A DNA stretch of 63,076 nucleotides, the filler included, from Collodictyon triciliatum (taxonomy: Eukaryota), in NCBI GenBank assembly GCA_043381765.1. It is 19 parts of 19 records of this genome, joined end to end, with 100 filler letters (N's around TTAATTAATTAA, not from the genome) between each part and the next. Parts side by side here need not be neighbours in the genome. Positions count along the whole stretch, not along the records: positions 1 to 4,842 come from JBHJMP010007733.1; positions 4,943 to 8,085 come from JBHJMP010007734.1; positions 8,186 to 11,329 come from JBHJMP010007735.1; positions 11,430 to 14,571 come from JBHJMP010007736.1; 15 more parts are not named here. The stretch is one strand, 5' to 3'. A program made the position numbers and the translations under genes. Position 1 is the first letter of the stretch; each line of letters opens with the position of its first letter. Below, one piece after another: positions 1 to 11,539 of this stretch. The notes under the pieces are model-generated. The model searched no databases, was not told the origin of the DNA, and saw only the letters and a program-made list of their open reading frames with translations.

Positions 1-2
1 TG

Positions 3-1078
3 GATATCTCGCTAAACGCACGACTGACATCTGTGCCGAATCAGATCGGAAAGATGGCCGCTCTTCGTGAATTAGTAATACACTCTTGCAAACTGATAAC
101 TCTCCCACAAGATATAAGCCGACTGACGCAACTTGAGCTTCTCAATGTATCTCGGAACATTATGGCATTGTTGCCTACTTTTCTATGTCAACTGACCTTC
201 CTACAAAAACTGAATCTATCCGACAACAGACTGGAATCCATTCACAAGACTATTAGCTACATGAGCAATCTCCATCAAATATCACTTAATGGGAGCCGAT
301 TCAGTTCCCTTCCAAACAGCATCACGCAGCTTAGCCTGCTGGAAAGGTGTGAGCTTGATGGAAATATATTCAAGGGTGGAGAGGACAAAGTGTGGGAGGC
401 CTACTTTAGAAACCGCGAGATACTGAATACATCCAGCCAGAATCTGATAGAAATTCCCTCATTTGTCGAAAAGTTTTCCCACATATCTGGGCTAGACATC
501 AGTAACAACAACATTAGTTTCCTTCCCTCATCAATTCGAAATTTCAAGAAGCTTTCAACCCTGAATATCAGCTGCAACAAGTTGTCTCGAATTCCCGACG
601 ATGTTGGTTCTTTACCATCGCTGTCAGAGATAAATGTATCTGGAAATCAGCTTACCGAAGATGAGCTCCTAGTCTGGCAGAATTGCTCCTTCAGAGATTC
701 TAGCGTCAGCCTAATCGAAAAGAGACTCCAGGTATTTCCTGACTGCCTCAGTAGAATATGCTTCATAAAAAAGATTGACCTGAGCGGTAATTTCCTCCAA
801 CAGATTCCTGAGTCCATTACCCAGATGCGAGACTTGAAAGAAATAGTGGTGTCTAACAACAGGCTATCTTCTCTTCCAGATACTATATCCAAGCTCGACT
901 TGACTAAAATTGATATTTCATCGAACCAGATGAGTGATGTAGAAAGAGTTGTATGGGAAACATACGCGACTAGAGGTACGAGTCTAAACATGTCTCGCCG
1001 TAAGATAGAAACAATCTCGGGGTGTCTCAGCAAACTGAGTAACATTCAAGACCTAGACATGTCCAACAACCTGATCGT
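3..1078 (+). CDS. Leucine-rich repeat protein, partial at both ends, intronless over >1 kb
   Basis: Open frame from 3 to the N gap with repeated LxxLxLxxNxLxxLP units (e.g. LQKLNLSDNRLESIH, LSTLNISCNKLSRIP). The ORF-track extension to 1976 only reads through Ns. Confidence 0.85.
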
Positions 1079-2073
1079 NNNNNNNNNNNNNNNNNNNNNN
1101 NNNNNNNNNNNNNNNNNNNNNNNNNNNNNNNNNNNNNNNNNNNNNNNNNNNNNNNNNNNNNNNNNNNNNNNNNNNNNNNNNNNNNNNNNNNNNNNNNNNN
1201 NNNNNNNNNNNNNNNNNNNNNNNNNNNNNNNNNNNNNNNNNNNNNNNNNNNNNNNNNNNNNNNNNNNNNNNNNNNNNNNNNNNNNNNNNNNNNNNNNNNN
1301 NNNNNNNNNNNNNNNNNNNNNNNNNNNNNNNNNNNNNNNNNNNNNNNNNNNNNNNNNNNNNNNNNNNNNNNNNNNNNNNNNNNNNNNNNNNNNNNNNNNN
1401 NNNNNNNNNNNNNNNNNNNNNNNNNNNNNNNNNNNNNNNNNNNNNNNNNNNNNNNNNNNNNNNNNNNNNNNNNNNNNNNNNNNNNNNNNNNNNNNNNNNN
1501 NNNNNNNNNNNNNNNNNNNNNNNNNNNNNNNNNNNNNNNNNNNNNNNNNNNNNNNNNNNNNNNNNNNNNNNNNNNNNNNNNNNNNNNNNNNNNNNNNNNN
1601 NNNNNNNNNNNNNNNNNNNNNNNNNNNNNNNNNNNNNNNNNNNNNNNNNNNNNNNNNNNNNNNNNNNNNNNNNNNNNNNNNNNNNNNNNNNNNNNNNNNN
1701 NNNNNNNNNNNNNNNNNNNNNNNNNNNNNNNNNNNNNNNNNNNNNNNNNNNNNNNNNNNNNNNNNNNNNNNNNNNNNNNNNNNNNNNNNNNNNNNNNNNN
1801 NNNNNNNNNNNNNNNNNNNNNNNNNNNNNNNNNNNNNNNNNNNNNNNNNNNNNNNNNNNNNNNNNNNNNNNNNNNTTCCTTTCCTTTCCTTTCCTTTCCT
1901 TTCCTTTCTTTTCCTCCTCTTGCTTGAGAATTTAATTTTGTCTGCTGTTCATGAAATCAATTTCTCCTGTGAATGAATGATATACCGATATGACTGAATA
2001 GCGAAATCCACCTTTTTTTTTCTTTTTATGCCACAAACCTTCCGCATTTTTCTTTCTTTCCTTCTCGAAACAG

Positions 2074-3278
<1,205 letters not shown>

Positions 3279-3991
3279 NNNNNNNNNNNNNNNNNNNNNN
3301 NNNNNNNNNNNNNNNNNNNNNNNNNNNNNNNNNNNNNNNNNNNNNNNNNNNNNNNNNNNNNNNNNNNNNNNNNNNNNNNNNNNNNNNNNNNNNNNNNNNN
3401 NNNNNNNNNNNNNNNNNNNNNNNNNNNNNNNNNNNNNNNNNNNNNNNNNNNNNNNNNNNNNNNNNNNNNNNNNNNNNNNNNNNNNNNNNNNNNNNNNNNN
3501 NNNNNNNNNNNNNNNNNNNNNNNNNNNNNNNNNNNNNNNNNNNNNNNNNNNNNNNNNNNNNNNNNNNNNNNNNNNNNNNNNNNNNNNNNNNNNNNNNNNN
3601 NNNNNNNNNNNNNNNNNNNNNNNNNNNNNNNNNNNNNNNNNNNNNNNNNNNNNNNNNNNNNNNNNNNNNNNNNNNNNNNNNNNNNNNNNNNNNNNNNNNN
3701 NNNNNNNNNNNNNNNNNNNNNNNNNNNNNNNNNNNNNNNNNNNNNNNNNNNNNNNNNNNNNNNNNNNNNNNNNNNNNNNNNNNNNNNNNNNNNNNNNNNN
3801 NNNNNNNNNNNNNNNNNNNNNNNNNNNNNNNNNNNNNNNNNNNNNNNNNNNNNNNNNNNNNNNNNNNNNNNNNNNNNNNNNNNNNNNNNNNNNNNNNNNN
3901 NNNNNNNNNNNNNNNNNNNNNNNNNNNNNNNNNNNNNNNNNNNNNNNNNNNNNNNNNNNNNNNNNNNNNNNNNNNNNNNNTTACGAGCAAT

Positions 3992-4369
3992 ATGCTCTAT
4001 CCACTCTTTGATGCTTTCGACGATTATGTGGACCTCTTTGGAGATATGTGGGTGACCAGCTGGATTGACTATGGGGTCATTGTATTTGGTTGGTTTTTTA
4101 CAGTCATCTTCTCTATATTCCTGTCAGCGATTCGATTCATATCTTGGCTGTACAATAAAATCGTCCCCCATCGAGTCCGCCATGAAATCAGGAAGGAGCT
4201 TGAATTCTTGGAGGAATTGACTGGCAAGAAACAAAAGAAGCAAGGCGTTGATACTTATGCGGAGACCCGAATGTCCTTTTATCGCTTCTCAATTTGAATT
4301 CTGTGGATTGGAACTTACTTCTTCTGGTACCCACTCTACTTTCTCCGTTACATTTGGATGCTAAAGGAG
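3992..4369 (+). CDS. Hypothetical membrane-protein fragment with an in-frame TGA at 4295-4297
   Basis: Hydrophobic, Trp-rich frame. It continues ILWIGTYFFWYPLYFLRYIWMLKE after the TGA up to a GAG|GTATGT donor-like site. No family recognised. Confidence 0.35.
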
Positions 4370-4842
4370 GTATGTGATTTTGAAATACGTCTTCAATGGT
4401 ACATTCTCCTCACTTAGTATTCGACCCATACACGAATGCTATGAACTAACCATCGCTTTTTTTTAAAAAAAAAATTTTTTTTTGGCGGAACACCGCATTC
4501 ATTACCCGGATAATTTTTTTTTTCTTGATAAAAAAAAGATTGAAGAAGGTAACCTTTGAGCACGCATTGTTATATATGAGTTTTTTTCCCTCAAAAGAAT
4601 ATTAATAACAAATCAATTTTTGATGCAGAAGAGTTAAATATCAAAATCAAAATTTAATTATTTAATTCATTGGCATCAAATAATAGCGCGCCTCCGAGCA
4701 AAGAAGTTGGGTGGCCTAGACTTTGAGTCTTCCAAGAAGCCCAGTGACAACGGAAGCGATTTCGATGTTTGCTTCTCTGAAGAATCGATGATTGTGTCCA
4801 ACCGTTCGCATGGTACAGTGTGTATCTACGGGAAAAAGAAGT

Positions 4843-4942
4843 NNNNNNNNNNNNNNNNNNNNNNNNNNNNNNNNNNNNNNNNNNNNTTAATTAATTAANN
4901 NNNNNNNNNNNNNNNNNNNNNNNNNNNNNNNNNNNNNNNNNN
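4843..4942. other. Artificial contig-joining spacer N44-TTAATTAATTAA-N44 (first of 18)
   Basis: Identical 100-nt spacers start at 4843, 8086, 11330, 14572, 17813, 21053, 24266, 27505, 30746, 33982, 37218, 40454, 43689, 46923, 50156, 53388, 56619 and 59849. The core puts stop codons in all six frames. Confidence 0.98.

Positions 4943-5030
<88 letters not shown>
4943..5030 (+). repeat. (AAT)n microsatellite at contig end, inside an intron
   Basis: Directly visible. Similar (AAT)/(ATT)n tracts lie at ~8280-8356, 11430-11523, 21153-21222, 59756-59848 and 61507-61633. Confidence 0.95.
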
Positions 5031-5032
<2 letters not shown>

Positions 5033-5069
5033 GTAATAGTAGTATAGTAATAAAGAAAAGAAAACTCAC

Positions 5070-5326
5070 TGTTCCAACATCTTTGCATGGCCAAAGTGAA
5101 ACAAATCAAACACGCCATCAGCGTAGATGCGATACGTGCGCTCCGGGTCGATGGGCAACTCCACTATTTCGGGCCCTTTTGCCGCGTCTTTCAAAGCAGA
5201 GGCATCGCCGTTGCTTTCGGAGCTCATCTGGACTCTCTTGCGAGTGGGCTTTGCGAGCGACTCTGTCTGGAGCAGATGAGCCAGAATCGTGAGAGCCCCA
5301 CCAACGGTGAATTCATGCAGTTTCAT
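5070..5326 (-). CDS. Choline/ethanolamine-phosphate cytidylyltransferase (PCYT1/PCYT2 family), first exon
   Basis: RIYADGVFDLFHFGHAKMLEQ carries the HxGH motif and is followed by a CA|GTGAGT donor at 5069. The start is ATG 5326 or ATG 5227. Confidence 0.85.
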
Positions 5327-6491
5327 GCTTGAGAAAGAGAGAATCCCTTCTTCTTCTTCTTTATTATGTGTCTATGGTTTTCGCCTTTGCCTTTTTGTCT
5401 TTATGCTTCTTTTGCTTCACCGAGACTTGCTGATCCTTTCTGGCGATGATGACAAGGCGCGTCCTGCGTGATTTCGGCTGCAGATGCTTTGCACTTTGCA
5501 AAAGGGAAGAATGATAATTCCAGATTTAGAGTACTCCCTGTTTCCTTTGAGGCACAGTGCAAAACATTGCTCATTTGTGGAATACACCGAAGCATTTGTA
5601 TCTGCACCTTCTTTTCTATTTTTTGTGTTTTTGTGTGTGGGTTATATGCGCGATTGGCAAACGAAATATATACGGGTATGTATATTTGTTTGTGGCACTC
5701 ATCAGCCATGTCCAATATTAACTGCGACGAAAAATACATTTGTCTGTCAATTTTATGAGAAAAAAAAAGTAGTGTTATTATTATATGTTGAGAACGGCGT
5801 GTATAAAAAGACATGAGCATAAATGATATATGACCAGGAATGAACGCGCTTGGAATAAAGAAAAAAATCAGACAAAAAGGCAAAGTTGCTCGGAGCTATG
5901 CTGCGTACTCAATAGGATTGATAACATACACATCTTTATTTCTTTTTCTATGAGGCAATAATCTCATAATCTACTTAGTTTTCCATCATGTACCATCACA
6001 TAATAGTGCTTTTTTTTCTTTTTAAATAATAAGTCTGCAAGTGCAGCTATGATTTGCTACAAACAAAAGCCTGGCAGAACTGGCGGCTACAACCATAAAT
6101 ATGTTGAGTGTTTTTTGTTGCTTGCACATATACAAAAAAAAAAATTAAAAATGAAATCCAGTTTGGTAATTCGTTGATTTATTTCAAGGTTGTTCAGTTC
6201 AGGTATCGGCCAAAGTTATCAAAGGAAAAGAAAGTAAGAAAAATAACATTCGCATCAATGACTTGAAATTCCGTTCATCCATGAGTTGAGCTGGTGTGAT
6301 AATCCGATGGGCAGGAGATAATAAAATATCGCGGGGGGATTTTCCTGGATGGACAAGAGAACAGAGTCATCTCGTAAAAAAGAAAAGAAAAAGAAGCAAA
6401 ACGATACTGGATGAACCAATGCGAATAGGTATCCACTTTTGAAATGAAAACCCTTGTGTGACCGCATAGCCGAATCCCACCTTTGAGCCAC

Positions 6492-7827
6492 CTATTGTTT
6501 CTCATTCTCTGCTTTCGAGGATACTTGTTTTTCGCTCGAAGATGGTTTGGGCTCACTGTCTTTTGATTTGGATTTTTCGTTCTCTCTCTTTCGGTCTCGG
6601 CTCCTTGACCGGCTGCGACTTCGGCTGCGGTGCTTCCTAGAATGAGTCAGATAAATACATATATTATAGGCTTACTTGTGACAGACAGATGGCATATCTG
6701 ATAATCATCGGGTTCTATTTAGTAAGGATTTGTATGTGATGGTGTTGAAAGCTAACCTTCTGGAATCTTTATCTTTTTTGGTGTCCTTGTCCTTTTCCTT
6801 GTCCTTGTCCTTGTCCTTTTCTTTTCTCTCCTTTTCGCGCTCTCTATCTTTGTCTCTACGTTCCTTTTCGCGTTCTCGGTCTCTATCACGACCTCTGTCT
6901 CTGTCTCTCTCACGTTCCCGTTCCCGCTCTCTTTCCTTTTCTCTTTCCCGCTCCCGTTCACGGTCTTTCTCTTTCTCTCGTTCTCGTTCCCTTTCTCGGT
7001 CCCTTTCCCTTTCCCTTTCCCGCTCTCGTTCTCGTTCTCGTTCCCTTTCTCGGTCCCTTTCTCTATCTCTGTCTCTGTCTCTGTCTCTTTCCTTGTCCTT
7101 TTCCTTTTCGCGCTCCCTGCTTGAGAACATGGTAAAAAGTGCATCAGCTACAACCCTCGGGTGGATTCGTATCTGGTAAAAGGACGCAATTATGAGTATA
7201 ACTATGAAACGTACTTCTCTGTAAGCTTTTGGTCGTTATCTGGTCCAGGTATGGTTTCTCCCTTTTCTTTTGCTATTGGAAGAACAATTGAATAATGCAG
7301 ACTCAAGTATCCATAATTTTGGTCGTGGGACATGACAGATTTGTACCATGAAAGTCCATTTATACTTTTCTGTTTTTTTTTTTTTTTTAACTTTTGAATG
7401 TGGCTCACCTAATAATTTGGCCTTCAATTTTTCTTCGATTTTCTTGGCTCTATCCTTTGCTTCTTGCAGTCGCTTTTCCTCTATAGGATTCGGCTTCACC
7501 AAGGGCTTCACAATTGCGTTTCGAGCATTATTTATCCTAAAATGCAAAATTAGACACACAATCTAGTTCAGCACTTTATTCAAGGTTTGATACAAGAGGG
7601 ATATCATGGCGTGAAGCATGAAATAAAGAAATAACGCTGTTACGAGTATACTTGATAGCATTTCCATCCACAACGGTTCCATTCATGCTCATAGCGGCTT
7701 GACATCCCTCAAGAGTCATAAACTCGATGAAAGCATAGCGAAATGGTTGCATCTCGTCACCGGCCATTCGTACATATTCCACAGGACCAGCGGCTTTAAA
7801 TAGTTCGATGAGACGCTCCGGTGTCAT
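6492..7827 (-). CDS. SR-related splicing factor, SREK1/SRSF11-like (RRM plus RE/RD/RS-rich tail), 5' partial
   Basis: RRM exon (LFKAAGPVEYVRMAGDEMQPFRYAFIEF) is followed by NAIVKP, a long RERE/RDRD exon and a last exon KHRSRSRSRSRSRD...ENEKQ*, with TAG at 6492-6494. Confidence 0.8.
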
Positions 7828-7907
7828 CTGCGTGCCATATAGCTCACGTCAATACGGGCACAAATATGAATGATACTTTCGAGAAGAGAGAAAGAAAGAA
7901 AGAAAGG

Positions 7908-8085
7908 AAGAAGAAAAAGAAGAAGAAAAAGAAGAAGAAAAAGAAGAAGAAAAAGAAGAAGAAGAAGAAGAAGAAAAAGAAGAAGAAGAAGAAGAAGAAA
8001 AAGAAGAAGAAAAAGAAGAAGAAAAAGAAGAAGAAAAAGAAGAAGAAAAAGAAGAAGAAAAAGAAGAAGAAAAAGAAGAAGAAAA
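7908..8085 (+). repeat. (AAGAAGAAGAAA)n / (GAA)n purine tract at contig end
   Basis: Directly visible. It is the source of the spurious poly-K/poly-R ORFs. Confidence 0.9.
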
Positions 8086-8278
8086 NNNNNNNNNNNNNNN
8101 NNNNNNNNNNNNNNNNNNNNNNNNNNNNNTTAATTAATTAANNNNNNNNNNNNNNNNNNNNNNNNNNNNNNNNNNNNNNNNNNNNTTAGTACATGCAAAA
8201 AAAAAAAAATCGAATAATAATAATAATCGAATAATGATAATAATCGAATAATAATCGAATAATAATCGAATAATAATC

Positions 8279-8358
<80 letters not shown>

Positions 8359-8379
8359 TAGCACTTCTGGCGCTGGTGC

Positions 8380-8660
8380 TGAGAGTCATAAAAAAATGAC
8401 TCCGAGTTTGTGCAATGGACAGAAGTGTTGCCAAATACTAAGTGAGCTTCTTGGGTGAGATAGCCAGTTTTCCACAATTGGTATCATTCAAAGGCCAACA
8501 TCGCGATTAAGTTTTATTGGTTTTACTATAAGGTATAATAATCTTTCGATCGGTAAACCTAGTGCACTAGTATCCAAGGTATAACCACTTTTTTCACAAA
8601 GATTGTGTAGTGGTGAAGGCTGCCAGGAAAGACCCGACAGCCTGTTTTTTTAAAGGAAGG
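8380..8660 (-). ncRNA. Candidate Fanzor omegaRNA scaffold (boundaries uncertain)
   Basis: Cluster of hairpins just 3' of the RuvC-III motif (8617-8643, 8584-8614, 8519-8559, 8383-8402). G-U pairs and a GAAA tetraloop form on the Fanzor sense strand. Fanzor/TnpB guide RNAs are known to overlap the ORF 3' end. Confidence 0.45.
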
Positions 8661-10527
8661 TGTATGCATATTTGGAAGGATTAAAACAACTTTCTTGAGT
8701 ATATTTTTAGCGCTGTTAAAGTCCCTTATCAAGAATAAACTTTGTTTGCTTTCTGACCGATTGCATTCTATACATATGAGACATATATACACCTTTTTTG
8801 AGTTTCATTTCAGTCTCATATATTCCAGTTCTTTTCGCAGTTACAGCACATCCTGGAGGTTCTAAGTTCATCGGCACTACCTGTTTCCAAAACGTTTGGA
8901 TAGTGTTTTTCGTAATCCTCTTCCGATTATTGGCATAAAATGTTTCATCGGGCATTTTCTTCTCCAGTCTCCTTACCTCAGTACAACATCCTTGCCAAAT
9001 GTCTTTTCGATTCGGTCCATAAACAACTCTTCACTTTTTTTTTGTATTAACATACTGTCTCCATCTCATCTTTCGAAAAGTAACGTGTTCATAAAATCTG
9101 GATAGTTCTATCTGGTATCTTTACTTCATAGATACATATTCCCGAAATTTTTCATAATCGACTGCGCATGAATTATGTTTATTCAGTTCTGTCTCTAAAT
9201 CAATTAAAGATACTCTTGATGTCTCAAACTGCTGATTCTCTTCAAAAGTCATTTGACCAAAAGAAAAAGCACTTTGTAATTCTGCTGCCATGTATACCCC
9301 TGAAGCATTGTACTTTTCTTTTTTCTGGTGCAAGAGCATTTCGTGATTTTTAAGAGATTTGCTATCATGTCTTCTTTGGTGTGCCGTGTAACATAATTTC
9401 TTACCTTTCCCATCCGCCATGTAAACAAAATTAAACTTGCCTGCATCCATCCCAACTATATTTTATTTTGTCGCTAATAAAGATAACCGCTCTTCGGAAA
9501 GTTTATCTGTATAAACATGTTCTTTGGTTTTTTATATTTGGATTCTGAATTTGAAATACCTTTCTTTTCAAACAATAATGACACCGCCAAGCCTTCTGTT
9601 TGTATCGTGTATTTAAAATTGTAGTCTCTTTGATGAAAGACCCTCTTCTTCATTTAAAAGACATTATTCCATACTTTCTCTTTGCATCCTGACATATTCT
9701 TCATTAATGATGTTTTTTCCAGTTGATACTAATAGCTATCAAACATGCAGTATCTAGAGTAATATGACACGGTATATTGTTAGTTTTTATAGGGATTGGT
9801 TGTAGTAGTTTGGTTCCAATGTCCTCAAAAATGCGATTCATGTAAATCAGACATGGTATGTACTTATTTGGATTGACTTTGGCGTCATATTCGATGCCTT
9901 TTACAAATATCGCTGGGAATGATATGATTCAAATGTGTTGTAGCCAATCCTTTGTATTGTTCCAATATTTCGAGTTTCTTGAAGATGGATTTTTTTAACT
10001 TTCGTGACTCTGCCTTTTTAATAGCTTCCGTCATATTCACATCTTTAGGGACTGTTTGATTTATAAAGCGCAATAACCTCTTTACAAAATGTTCCTTGAT
10101 GTTGTTATGATAAGCTGTTAGCATTTGCTTTGCCAAGTACGGTAATGCAAGAGATACTCCAACCAATCGGAAAGCGTTATACTCGGGACAAAAGGAATCG
10201 AAAATCATAGAGATAAAAAGTCATCATGTCTTTACTTATCTCTGGTATTTTTTTAATCTTGCAGGTCTATCTTGTGAAACTATTCTGGCGGTCTTCAAAG
10301 TATAGAAAAAAACATTAATTGATTGTTGGGACTTTTGATTTCAGTATGTAACATCTTGCAAACAGATAAGTGTCAGTAACCAAATTATGACACAATAAAA
10401 TCGTATCGTTGATTTCGTCATAGTCATCTGCATTCTTAACAATCGACTTTAGAGATGTTTTCTCATTTCGGTAGTCTTGTTTTATAGACTTTAGATTCTC
10501 AAACTCAAGACGTTTTCTTTTTTTCAT
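8559..10527 (-). pseudogene. Fanzor1-type (eukaryotic TnpB-derived) RNA-guided nuclease, disrupted by stops and frameshifts
   Basis: Stitched frames give KTSLKSIVKN...LPYLAKQMLTAYHNNIKEHFVKRLLRFIN...YDAKVNP...IPCHITLDT...FKYTIQTEGLAVSLLF...NIVGMDAG (RuvC-I D at 9445-9447)...FRKMRWRQY...V(L)R*GDW...MKHFMP...DELRTSRMCCNC (RuvC-II E at 8867-8869, Zn finger)...CLICIEC...RDFNSAKNI (RuvC-III D at 8721-8723). Confidence 0.9.
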
Positions 10528-11429
10528 CTGAAAGTCTTTGTTTTACTTTTTCCTATAGGAAACCACCGAGTTTTCAGTTTTAATAAAACTATAGTCAATC
10601 AGTCAATTTAATAAAAACAACTAAAACTGCATAAAATCGATTCAGGTAAAATTAAGCATCTCGAGACTCTCAAAATGTGCGCATTGTGGCAAACAAACAC
10701 ACAAAGTTTTTATAAGTGATTTGAGACAAAACGCTGAGAGCTGATTCGGCGAGTTCGAAAGGACGGCCGCATAGCCATCGCGACTGAAATTCAACATATC
10801 AGCCTCAAACAACATGATTATCGCCCTAAGTGTGGATAGTATACTTCTTTGAAATGCGTGTTTGGTGGCAGATTTATAGGGTGGGTTCTTGTTTGGGCCA
10901 AGGCAAGGGCTTCTTTGTAATTTTTGGCTTTAAATGACTATATTGCATAAATGGAAAATAAAACATAGGCTGATTATAGGAATAGAATGAGATTATCAAG
11001 TATTTTTAACTTTATTATATATATATACTAATTATACTATTATATTATTCAGGTTGTTTCTTGGGTTTATCAAAGCTCCTGCTTTTGTCAATCAAGATTT
11101 AATTCGATGGTTGTCTGTGCAATAAACTGTTATATAGATGAGTATACTTTCGTTGTATAAAAAGTGTTGTGCCTTGAAAGGAATAAAACCAAATTCGTCA
11201 CAACCATTGTAATGAAGTTTATCCATTTACAGGCGGAATAAGACCAAAGGAAAGAAAAAAGAAAAAAGAAAAAAAGAAAAAAAGAAAAAAAGAAAAAAAG
11301 AAAAAAAGAAAAAAAGAAAAAAAGAAAAANNNNNNNNNNNNNNNNNNNNNNNNNNNNNNNNNNNNNNNNNNNNTTAATTAATTAANNNNNNNNNNNNNNN
11401 NNNNNNNNNNNNNNNNNNNNNNNNNNNNN

Positions 11430-11524
<95 letters not shown>

Positions 11525-11539
11525 GAGTTGTGTATCATA

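Noticed and set aside
7821-8477. Poly-K/R/I/Y/L and similar homopolymer ORFs here and at other contig ends
   Set aside because: They are translations of intronic or intergenic microsatellites.
8805-10317. TAA reassigned to an amino acid (five in-frame TAA codons in Fanzor)
   Set aside because: The same gene has several frameshifts and a TGA. Host genes end at TAA (EMG1, METTL1, CHMP3), TAG (RING) and TGA (NARS2) at the expected C-termini.
8380-10672. Terminal inverted repeats for the Fanzor element (TGAGAGTC/GACTCTCA; AGTTTTATT/AATAAAACT)
   Set aside because: Only 8-9 nt, expected by chance in AT-rich DNA, with no TSD support.
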